The notes beneath the pieces were generated by a model that was given only the letters and a program-made list of their open reading frames with translations, was not told the origin of the DNA and did no database searches. 64,000 nt of DNA. It comes from Candidatus Dojkabacteria bacterium. Lineage in GTDB: Bacteria; Patescibacteriota; Dojkabacteria; B142; OLB20. The DNA lies in the NCBI GenBank assembly GCA_046753765.1, contig JBHHUN010000005.1, positions 4,430-68,429 of the forward strand, written 5' to 3'. Positions 8,876 to 16,867 of the stretch are shown piece after piece. Position 1 is the stretch's first letter. Each line of letters starts with the position of its first letter. A program made the translations under genes and the position numbers.

Positions 8876-9790
8876 TTACGCTCGAAATTTTCTCCTCCCT
8901 TTTCCCGTACCTTCCCCAATTTTCACGTACTTATGGTACTCACATAAACAGTTTTGAATATTCGCAAGTGATATCTCACGCTCTGTACCGTCGGTATCCC
9001 TGAGGAAGGGGAAATCTATCCCAAGTCTTGTAAACTCCTGCCGCTGACCCCGCCGAAGATCAAGCATAACGTCAAGAGGTTTCAATTTTGTATTTTTTTT
9101 AAGTAGTATCCCTATGCCACGCTTCGCTCCCGGCCCAGCTTTTGCCCATACATCGTGAGTGAAAGGTAAAATTGATCGGTTGCCGTTAACCCTAAGTGGA
9201 TAAAGGAGATCAACCAGTACCTGATAGGATAGAAATTCTCCGAAACCATAGTTATTCTTTATAGCTTTATAAGCCTCTTGAGGATCTCTTGCAGAGAGAA
9301 TTTTTTGGTAGGTGTTTGCAAAATTTTTCTGTACCAGCTCGAATAAACTTGCGATATTCTCGATCTTGTCACTTGATCCCATCTGAGAAAAACTCGCTAC
9401 CATATAGGCTCCTGTAAATGGGGGCTGCTCCAGCTTGTCCCTGATCTCCTTGAGAACGTATTCCATTTGACCCGAGTCAAAAGTTGCGAGCTTCTGGAAA
9501 CCAAGTCGTGAGTGTGTCTCTTTCCGGCCAATTAGCCGATATATCATGATGTTGAAAATCTTATCAGGGACAGGCTCACGGAGTTCAAGGATAGAGTGAA
9601 TAGCGTACTGGGTTCCCGGGTCAAGCTCGCGGTAAACGTTCGTAAACCGCTCACTCTGCAAAACATAGTCATCGGTCCATGGAGGAGGGAATGCATCAAC
9701 AAAGCGTTTGTACCAGATGGTCTGTCTTTCGCTCACAAACCACCAGAACTGATCGAGCTTTCGCTGTTTAAAGTGTTTTCTGAGGTTCAT
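8876..9790 (-). CDS. aGPT-Pplase1 family (5-hmdU DNA kinase helical domain) DNA base-hypermodification protein
   Basis: Motifs FWWFVSERQ, PPPWTDD.VL..RFTNVYRELD, GFGEFLSYQVLVDL, AGPGAKRG, QNCLCEYHKY match this HhH-derived family. Confidence 0.85.
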   Translation of the reverse strand: MNLRKHFKQRKLDQFWWFVSERQTIWYKRFVDAFPPPWTDDYVLQSERFTNVYRELDPGTQYAIHSILELREPVPDKIFNIMIYRLIGRKETHSRLGFQKLATFDSGQMEYVLKEIRDKLEQPPFTGAYMVASFSQMGSSDKIENIASLFELVQKNFANTYQKILSARDPQEAYKAIKNNYGFGEFLSYQVLVDLLYPLRVNGNRSILPFTHDVWAKAGPGAKRGIGILLKKNTKLKPLDVMLDLRRGQRQEFTRLGIDFPFLRDTDGTEREISLANIQNCLCEYHKYVKIGEGTGKGRRKFRA

Positions 9791-9861
9791 CGAGTCTTAG
9801 TGTGCCTAATTTTAGCACACCGAATATGTTAACCTATCAGTAATTGTTAACTTATCGAAAT

Positions 9862-10551
9862 ATGGAAATTAAGGGCAAAAAGATGCTAATTACAGGTGCC
9901 AGTGCGGGGCTGGGACTAGAAACAGCGAAACTGCTTCTGGAGAAGGGAGCGCACATATATGTTTGTAGCAGGGCTTCAAAGAAGTTAGAGGCTGTCAGGG
10001 AAGAGATAACTTCGCTGACTTGTACAGTTTTGGAGTGTGACGTTACAGATGCCAAGGCAGTTGAAAAGTTGGCCGAAGAGGTTGGAGTAGTTGATGTGGT
10101 TATTAACAATGCCGGTGTTTGGCTTGATGGCGAGTTGGAGACGTATAGCTACGAACAGATCTCGAGGGTTATTGATGTCAATCTGAAAGGTGTTGTAAAT
10201 ATCACAAGGGCTTTTTTACCAGCGATGAAAGAGCAAGACTCTGGTTACATTGTGAACGTATCTTCAACATCAGGACTTAAGGGACGTAAAGGAGAGACAG
10301 TATACGATGCGACAAAGTGGGGTGTGAGGGGTTTTACAGAGGCACTAAAGGATGAATTAAAGGAAACAAAGATAAGGGTGGTGGGTTTTTATCCTGGAGG
10401 AATGAACACATCACTATTTAAGAAATCCGGAAGCGAGAGAAACACCTCAGAATTCATGCGCGTACAGGATGTTGCTGAGGTTATTGCGTTTATACTGGAG
10501 CGACCATATTCAATGGTAATTGATGACATAAAAGTCAGTCGGACCAGGTAA
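9862..10551 (+). CDS. SDR family oxidoreductase
   Basis: TGASAGLG, NNAG and YDATK motifs; ATG at 9862 preferred over TTG 9844. Confidence 0.95.
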   Translation: MEIKGKKMLITGASAGLGLETAKLLLEKGAHIYVCSRASKKLEAVREEITSLTCTVLECDVTDAKAVEKLAEEVGVVDVVINNAGVWLDGELETYSYEQISRVIDVNLKGVVNITRAFLPAMKEQDSGYIVNVSSTSGLKGRKGETVYDATKWGVRGFTEALKDELKETKIRVVGFYPGGMNTSLFKKSGSERNTSEFMRVQDVAEVIAFILERPYSMVIDDIKVSRTR

Positions 10552-10641
10552 TCAGTTTTTCGCTCCAGATCAAGATAATAGTGCACTTTGATTCGTTGAA
10601 CTTCCCGATAACAAAATTGATCAAGCCAGTCTCAGAGGGTA

Positions 10642-10670
10642 TTGAAATTTTCCTCCGCTATAAATATAAT
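10642..10670 (+). promoter_or_regulatory. Near-consensus sigma70 promoter
   Basis: TTGAAA-17 nt-TATAAT, 5 nt before ATG 10676. Confidence 0.7.
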
Positions 10671-10675
10671 CATAT

Positions 10676-10927
10676 ATGGAGGCTGCAATCTATTCCCCAC
10701 AACATGAAGCCCATTCGCAAGGAGAAGATTTCAGACGGCCACATCCATTTAGAGGGGCACTGTTAAAACTTTGTGCCGAGCCTGACTTTGGAACAACAAG
10801 GCGAGTTCAGGGGCCATTCGATGGACTTCCTTCCCGATCAGATAGTCGAGTCAAGCATAGAGATATGAGGAAGAGGCAAGAACGAAGAAGACACAGAAGA
10901 GGCTCAAGAACAAATGGGGTTTGGTAA
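10676..10927 (+). CDS. Hypothetical Arg-rich small protein (leaderless)
   Basis: 83-aa ORF directly behind a strong promoter; basic C-terminus. Confidence 0.5.
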   Translation: MEAAIYSPQHEAHSQGEDFRRPHPFRGALLKLCAEPDFGTTRRVQGPFDGLPSRSDSRVKHRDMRKRQERRRHRRGSRTNGVW

Positions 10928-10939
10928 CTAGACCTGCTC

Positions 10940-11200
10940 TCAATCAAGAGACATCACCGTGAGGCCGTATTTTTCAATATCTTCTGCAGACCAAAACTCA
11001 AGGCTGTTTGTTTTCAAAACGTAGGTAACTTTTTTTTCAATCTCTCTACCGGTGTATTCCTGGGTTTTTGGGTTCCACTCACGAAGAATCAAAGTGTCGC
11101 CCACACTGATATCAAAATCAGTTAACCGCAGGTCAAACTTCTTCTCCCCACTGAGGATCTTTTCAAACATCTCCGGCCAGGTTTTCTTTGCGATCTTCAT
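10940..11200 (-). CDS. DUF3850 / ASCH-superfamily protein
   Basis: KKTWPEMFEKILSGEKKFDLR..D..VGDTLILREW..YTGR motif. Confidence 0.88.
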   Translation of the reverse strand: MKIAKKTWPEMFEKILSGEKKFDLRLTDFDISVGDTLILREWNPKTQEYTGREIEKKVTYVLKTNSLEFWSAEDIEKYGLTVMSLD

Positions 11201-11205
11201 TGCTG

Positions 11206-12198
11206 TTACTGGTCACCTTGCAAGAATGAATTGTCAGGTGTTCCCCGCCAGCATCTCGGAATAAAGGGATATTCGCTAGTAATGAAGTATGCGTATGTTC
11301 CGTCGGGGTAGTCAGGTGTGACTCCATTTCTTCCGTTGCACCTGTCCAGATCCCCAGTGCCAGGTTTGAACTCCCAGTCTTCATTGAACGTTCCATCGTG
11401 AACTCCACCTGGTCCACTTTCGCGTTCGCCAGATTTCAGCTGATAGCCTGACTGCAACTCCTTGATACCAGAGCTATCGTCGTCCTTGTCCGTATATCCG
11501 TAAAGCGCATATATTGGGAATCCATCCGCTGCCCAGCCTATCAGAGTGGAGTGCTCGCCACCGGTTTGCTCGGCTATTAACGCAGTAGGGAGTCCATGGT
11601 AGTGATATGCACCGCTGGGTTGTACATGTGCATTGTTTTCGTCTAGCCCAAGATCTATAGCTCCACTGAGTGCGTCGTACTGCCAACCAGAGTTTTGGTC
11701 ATCGTTGTACCATTCATCGGTACCCGGATCAAAGGGGACACCGTTTACTGCGACACCAAAAATACCAAGGGAGACCTCTGTGACAACATCAGCTTTCTCA
11801 GGGTTCAATGTAACCCTAAAATTGTAGTCTTGAACACTAATTGTGTTGGGGTTGCCTACATTGGGGAACTGGCCGGTCTCGTGATCGGGCAGCCCGTTGC
11901 CGGTAATGTATCGAAACTCGTCATCAGTTGTAATTTCAACGGAGGACTGCTCACCAGGTGATACCATTGTCGTTGGTGTAACTGTCGCCTGAGGGGCATT
12001 CTGGTTCTGAGTCTGCCTTCCCTGATATAAGAAGTAGAGCAGGACGGCAATGACGATCCCCAGTATCACTAGTATCACAACAAGAAGTCTAATTAGTCCC
12101 GAGCCCTTCTCTTTTTCGGGTTGATCAGAGAACGGCTGAGTTTTAGACAAGGGTGGTAGTGGCGTGGTTTGTTGCAATGGAGCAGGTTGTTGAGCCAT
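11206..12198 (-). CDS. YHYH-domain protein, membrane-anchored
   Basis: GLPDH, GVAVNGVPF, LDENNAH..GAYHYHG, GWAADGFPIY, GDLDRCNG. Start re-called at MAQQ (12198). Confidence 0.9.
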   Translation of the reverse strand: MAQQPAPLQQTTPLPPLSKTQPFSDQPEKEKGSGLIRLLVVILVILGIVIAVLLYFLYQGRQTQNQNAPQATVTPTTMVSPGEQSSVEITTDDEFRYITGNGLPDHETGQFPNVGNPNTISVQDYNFRVTLNPEKADVVTEVSLGIFGVAVNGVPFDPGTDEWYNDDQNSGWQYDALSGAIDLGLDENNAHVQPSGAYHYHGLPTALIAEQTGGEHSTLIGWAADGFPIYALYGYTDKDDDSSGIKELQSGYQLKSGERESGPGGVHDGTFNEDWEFKPGTGDLDRCNGRNGVTPDYPDGTYAYFITSEYPFIPRCWRGTPDNSFLQGDQ

Positions 12199-12256
12199 AT
12201 GTAATGATTGACTCCCCACACTATATCGGATCATCAGGAAAACATAAAGGGAGAAA

Positions 12257-13429
12257 TCAGGTGGCGGTTTTGGCGTTGCCACTGAAGAGCAGGCTTGCGA
12301 CCATAAACACAACAAGAAAACCTAGCCCAAGAACCTGCATCACATTTGATGCTCCATTCGTATCAACTAAACTCCCAATGAAGTACGCCATTAACACGTA
12401 GGGGAGTTTTCTGAGTATTGCGAAAGTTGAGAGGGCTGTAGCCCTGTATTTAGAAACCACTGATTGATTGATCGAGTCGGATGCAATAATGTTAAAAATC
12501 GGTTGAATGAAGCTACGCATCCCAATAAAGAAGGTTCCTATCAAGATTCCTATATACGGAGATAAAAGTACTCCGGCAAAGTATGAAAGACCCAGAACAG
12601 CGAAAAGTCTAACCTGTGGAAACCTCTCTTTATATTTTGAGAACAGGTAAGCACCGCTTGCACCAATTAATGGAAGTGCGGCAAAGAGTATTCCCAGGCT
12701 CCTTTCATCGAATCCAAGTTGAATGGCAAAAGCTATATCAAGAAGGTTGTCAAGAACTTCTACCAGCCCAATTACCGCAACGAGCATAATCAATACGTAT
12801 GGGTTAACTTTATGAAGGAGTTGTTTAACACCCTGTTTGTTTTGGCTCAGGTAATTCCTAAAGGAGAATTTTTCGGTATCAATTGGAGGCTCTTTGATGA
12901 AGAACACGATTCCAATAAATCCGAGAAATCCTGCAAGTGCAGTGAGAATAAAGGGTAAGTGAATATCTATTGCGTAAACAAATCCACCGACAGCACTGGC
13001 AATAGCCATAACAAGTAAACCGTAGGTTTCAATCCGAGCAAGAATCATTCCATACCTGTTTTCTTCTCCTTCTGTTTTGAGCGAGTCAAACAGCAGAGCT
13101 TCTGCAGTCCCTGAGTAGAGCGCACTCCCAATCACCATCAGGAACACAGAAATGAACAGTTGAGAGTACGTATCAGACAGCCCCATAACCAGATTTCCAA
13201 GTCCATAGAACAGGAAGGCCATAGCAAGTGTTGGCTTCTTCCCAATCATGTCGGACAGGGCCCCTGTAGGAATCTCGATAACAAAACCAATAAAGAACAT
13301 TGTTGCTTCAAGGAGTCCTATCCCTGCGTAATCCGTAACTCTAAGATAGAACAGCAACCAGATTCCCACCCAGAACCAGGCCGTGTTTAGCGGGAGAACG
13401 AGTTTAAGGGTCTTGATGTTAATTTTCAT
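12257..13429 (-). CDS. MFS transporter
   Basis: About 12 TM helices; EIPTGALSDMIGKK (motif A), SGTAEALLFDSL, YRATALS. Confidence 0.9.
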   Translation of the reverse strand: MKINIKTLKLVLPLNTAWFWVGIWLLFYLRVTDYAGIGLLEATMFFIGFVIEIPTGALSDMIGKKPTLAMAFLFYGLGNLVMGLSDTYSQLFISVFLMVIGSALYSGTAEALLFDSLKTEGEENRYGMILARIETYGLLVMAIASAVGGFVYAIDIHLPFILTALAGFLGFIGIVFFIKEPPIDTEKFSFRNYLSQNKQGVKQLLHKVNPYVLIMLVAVIGLVEVLDNLLDIAFAIQLGFDERSLGILFAALPLIGASGAYLFSKYKERFPQVRLFAVLGLSYFAGVLLSPYIGILIGTFFIGMRSFIQPIFNIIASDSINQSVVSKYRATALSTFAILRKLPYVLMAYFIGSLVDTNGASNVMQVLGLGFLVVFMVASLLFSGNAKTAT

Positions 13430-13456
13430 TCAGTCGCGATGGCTCGTGTATTAACT

Positions 13457-13543
13457 CGGAGGGGACAGGATTTGAACCTGCGTGGCGCTTTCGCACCTCA
13501 ATGTTTTCGAGACATGACCGTTTGACCACTCCGGCACCCCTCC
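13457..13543 (-). tRNA. tRNA-Ser(CGA), CCA not encoded
   Basis: GGAGGGG acceptor stem, GGAGTGGT D-loop, anticodon loop CT-CGA-AA, long variable arm, GGTTCAAATCC T-arm, G discriminator. Confidence 0.93.
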
Positions 13544-13620
13544 ATAGCCGTCATTTTATATCATATGGAGCAATCTAGCTAAATCTGTGATATTATCCGC
13601 ATAGAATGACTGAGGAAAAC

Positions 13621-14049
13621 CTACTTCTGCAACCGGTATGAAACCCTAAGAGAGACCAAGGCAATCCCCAGATAGATCAAAACATACACTGCACCTATCA
13701 GAAGGCTCCCCGCCAACCCATTGACCATGCCAAACTCAGTTTCCAGAATTGGTCCAAGCGAACTGTTAAAGTTTTGATAGTTAGGGGTAAGGTAGAAGAT
13801 CAATACATTGATGCCAATCGCCAGCCCAAGATAAAAGCTGATTGCACCCCAAACAGAAGCAAGGGTGGTTTTTCGATAAATTTCGTTCTTCCTCTGCCCC
13901 TGAAGCATAAGGGGGACGACGGAGCCCTTTAAGAGGGCAAGAATCGGGAATACTAAAATGCTGAAGAAGTGCCCAATTGATCCAAATATCAGTCCTACAA
14001 TGAAATCCAGGACTAGAAGGAGGACAGTGACTAGTTTAGCGATTGTCAT
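13621..14049 (-). CDS. Hypothetical membrane protein (about 4 TM)
   Basis: 142-aa hydrophobic ORF between two tRNAs. Confidence 0.65.
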   Translation of the reverse strand: MTIAKLVTVLLLVLDFIVGLIFGSIGHFFSILVFPILALLKGSVVPLMLQGQRKNEIYRKTTLASVWGAISFYLGLAIGINVLIFYLTPNYQNFNSSLGPILETEFGMVNGLAGSLLIGAVYVLIYLGIALVSLRVSYRLQK

Positions 14050-14206
14050 ACCTTATTTTCGCGTAAATCCCGATAGTTGTATAGCCTGGATGGCGAGTTG
14101 TAGCCTTAACGCCTTATGTAAGTGGTTTTTGGGCAATCACAAAGGCTGCGGGTTGAAGGATTGTTTCGCCTGCCTCCGAATCCTCCATGAAAAAGTTTTC
14201 ATCAGA

Positions 14207-14283
14207 TGGTGCGCCTAGCAGGACTCGAACCTGCAACCTCATCTTCCGCAAAGATACGCTCTATCCAGTTGAGCTATAGGCGC
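14207..14283 (-). tRNA. tRNA-Arg(GCG), CCA encoded
   Basis: GCGCCTA/TAGGCGC acceptor, GCTC/GAGC D-stem, TATCT-TT-GCG-GA-AGATG anticodon arm, GCAGG-TTCGAGT-CCTGC T-arm, ACCA end. Confidence 0.93.
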
Positions 14284-14331
14284 AAATATATCATTTAATA
14301 GGTGATCTGAGATTATACCTCACGTAGGCAT

Positions 14332-15018
14332 CTATTTTGAAGCCTGTTCGGTGGTGTTCCTACCTTTGTGTTTTGGAGAATCCTTTGGATCTTTTGTTTT
14401 AACAGAGGAATCCAAGAGAAATTGTATCAGTGGTTGGTATTCGCCCTGAGTGACCCTAAAGAAGATATTGTTGCCCACCTCAGTAGACGAGAGGTAGTCG
14501 ATGTGTTGAACAAGATAGGTAACTACTTTTTTTAGATCGGCCTCTCCCTTCAAGACAACGACTCTCTCAGTAGTAAGTGAGGTTGGCTTTGGCCTGACCT
14601 CAAAATTCATGAGCAGGTGTCTGCCCCTTCGGACTACGAAAAAAGAATCAATGGTGCGCCATGTGAATAGCTGTCCGTGAGATTTTAGGCCCTTATTGGT
14701 CACTTCGTGTTGGACGGTTTTTGCAGGGATGGTATTAAGGGCATAGATAAAAAAGATGACTGCAATTACTGCGATGATGAGCCCGAAATTATTGGTTAGT
14801 GCTGCGTAAACAATGATCACAAGAGCTACTCCGGCAACCATTACGTACCAGTTTCTATCTTTGGGTTCGTGAATACGTTCAGGTGCGCTCCATTTATAGA
14901 TACTTTTGAGTGATTCTGCCTCTTCGAGAAGGATCTCGCGTTGCTCCTTGGCGAGCCTGATCTCCCGATCGAGCTTGGCCATCTCTTTCTCGTTTTGTTT
15001 TTTTGTGTCCTTTGCCAT
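14332..15018 (-). CDS. Conserved hypothetical membrane protein (2 TM + PH-like beta domain; DUF5673-like)
   Basis: WSAPERIHEPKDRNWY followed by a TM hairpin and EVTNKGL..FTWRTIDSF. Start re-called at MAKD (15018). Confidence 0.7.
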   Translation of the reverse strand: MAKDTKKQNEKEMAKLDREIRLAKEQREILLEEAESLKSIYKWSAPERIHEPKDRNWYVMVAGVALVIIVYAALTNNFGLIIAVIAVIFFIYALNTIPAKTVQHEVTNKGLKSHGQLFTWRTIDSFFVVRRGRHLLMNFEVRPKPTSLTTERVVVLKGEADLKKVVTYLVQHIDYLSSTEVGNNIFFRVTQGEYQPLIQFLLDSSVKTKDPKDSPKHKGRNTTEQASK

Positions 15019-15067
15019 GCGTTGTGGTACTACTGATATTCTAGTCTGGCGTAGGGGGGATTGCAAG

Positions 15068-15808
15068 CTAAATTGCGATGAGGAACAACAGTACGATTGA
15101 GGCAACATTTAGCCCGTAGAGGTAGAGAATATTCTTGCGCCGCTCAAGCCACTTTTTGTTGCGCTTCAACGATGATTTAAACTTTCCCGGTATCTTACCC
15201 TTTACAATCTTTTTATAGGACTCGCTGATTATCCTTTCTCCACCGGGGACGGCAATTAAGAAGTACTTACTCGGAAGATCCTTAAAGAAGGTAAACAAAA
15301 AAATGCCAAAGGCGACTCCGACCACGGGGGACCTCCAAAATTTAAGCTTATCAAAACCCTCGTATGGAGCGTCCTTTACAGCTCCCCCGATTGCAACTAT
15401 TACCCCACCAACAAGGGCCAGCCACAGGTTGTCAGCACTGAAATCAATAACAAAGAAAGTAGCCAAGAGGAAAGCAATCAGCAGGACTCCCAAGACAAAT
15501 TTGATACCGTAGTTAAGTTTAAAGTTTAGGTCAGAGGGGATTTGGTACTTACTTTGATCTTCTCTCCGAAGGAGCGCTTTGTATATTTCGGTAAGGCTTC
15601 TTTCAAAGGCGATCACAAGTAGTGTAACTATAAAAATTGGGAGGTTAGGGTTGAGTAGATAGAGGTAAATTGCAACAAATCCACCGATCACAAGGCTTCT
15701 TGCCACCTTGATGCCCTCAAATTTTTCCACCAACAGGTCGCCGTATACCCCCCAAAGGATTGCATTTGAAGAGCCAATAATGCCTGCGACAAGATAGGCG
15801 AGAAACAT
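15068..15808 (-). CDS. Hypothetical membrane protein with internal two-fold repeat
   Basis: KFEGIKVARS...ERSLTEIYK is repeated as GFDKLKFWRS...ERIISESYK. Confidence 0.7.
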   Translation of the reverse strand: MFLAYLVAGIIGSSNAILWGVYGDLLVEKFEGIKVARSLVIGGFVAIYLYLLNPNLPIFIVTLLVIAFERSLTEIYKALLRREDQSKYQIPSDLNFKLNYGIKFVLGVLLIAFLLATFFVIDFSADNLWLALVGGVIVAIGGAVKDAPYEGFDKLKFWRSPVVGVAFGIFLFTFFKDLPSKYFLIAVPGGERIISESYKKIVKGKIPGKFKSSLKRNKKWLERRKNILYLYGLNVASIVLLFLIAI

Positions 15809-15878
15809 CGATCTAAGGCTAAATATTAGTGGTTTGCTTTGTTATAATAGCATATCTAGTTTTCAAATATAACAGACA

Positions 15879-16844
15879 ATGCCGGCCGATAAAAGAAGCA
15901 GAAAGGGGAGTTTGATTTCGTTGGTTGCGCCAGTTTACAACGAGCAAGGTGGGATTGAAAAGTTCCGGGAGAGAATGGTTGGTGCGATGGAAAAGGCGAA
16001 GATAGATTTCGAACTCATATTCATTAATGATGGAAGCAAAGATGACTCGCTGCTGCTGTTGCTTCAGATGGCTCAGAAAGATAAACGTATAAAGGTAATT
16101 AACTTCTCGCGTAACTTCGGACACCAGATAGCTGTGAGTGCCGGGATGGATTATGCCAGTGGCGATGCCGCTGTCATAATAGATGCAGACCTACAAGATC
16201 CACCCGAGGTTGTTCCGGACCTTGTTGCTCGATGGGAAGATGGGTACGAAGTTGTAAATGCGCTTAGAAAAACAAGGCAGGATAGCATTTTTAAGAAGTT
16301 CACAGCAGATATGTTTTATCACGGTTTGAATATGCTGCTCAGTTATAAGATCCCTGAGAATGTTGGAGATTTTAGGCTTCTGGATCGTAGACCGTTAGAC
16401 ACAATTAAGAGGATGAGAGAAAGAGACCGCTATATCAGAGGAATGACCAATTGGATCGGTTTTGATCAGACACTTGTTGGGTATGACCGTGACAAGCGTT
16501 TTGCAGGTAAAAGCGGATATCCGCTAAAAAAGATGCTCGCACTGGCTTCGAATGCACTGTTTTCATTTTCAAATTTCCCCCTTAAGATGGCGCATCTGGC
16601 ATTTGCAACGTTCTTCTGTCTCGCCATTCTGGTCTCGATCTACGCAGTACTCATGAAACTGGGAGGATTTAACGTCCCCGGTTGGACATTCCAGGTGCTG
16701 ATTACGGTACTGTTTGGAACGATCCAGATGTTCGTGCTTGCCATCATAAGTGAATACGTAGGAAGAAGTTACAGGCAGGGTCAGGATAGGCCGCTTTATA
16801 TCGTTTCTGACACTACAAATCTCGAAGAAAAGAAAAGCACTTGA
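15879..16844 (+). CDS. GT2 polyprenol-phosphate glycosyltransferase (GtrB/ArnC-like)
   Basis: PVYNE, NDGSKD, SRNFGHQ, IDADLQDPPE, GDFRLLDR, two C-terminal TM, RPLYIV. Confidence 0.95.
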   Translation: MPADKRSRKGSLISLVAPVYNEQGGIEKFRERMVGAMEKAKIDFELIFINDGSKDDSLLLLLQMAQKDKRIKVINFSRNFGHQIAVSAGMDYASGDAAVIIDADLQDPPEVVPDLVARWEDGYEVVNALRKTRQDSIFKKFTADMFYHGLNMLLSYKIPENVGDFRLLDRRPLDTIKRMRERDRYIRGMTNWIGFDQTLVGYDRDKRFAGKSGYPLKKMLALASNALFSFSNFPLKMAHLAFATFFCLAILVSIYAVLMKLGGFNVPGWTFQVLITVLFGTIQMFVLAIISEYVGRSYRQGQDRPLYIVSDTTNLEEKKST

Positions 16845-16867
16845 GTATATTTCAGAACTTTCTTTAG

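Noticed and set aside
14050-14206. Mobile-element or att remnant after tRNA-Arg
   Set aside because: Only a short AT-rich hairpin and short ORFs; no tRNA-end duplication or integrase.
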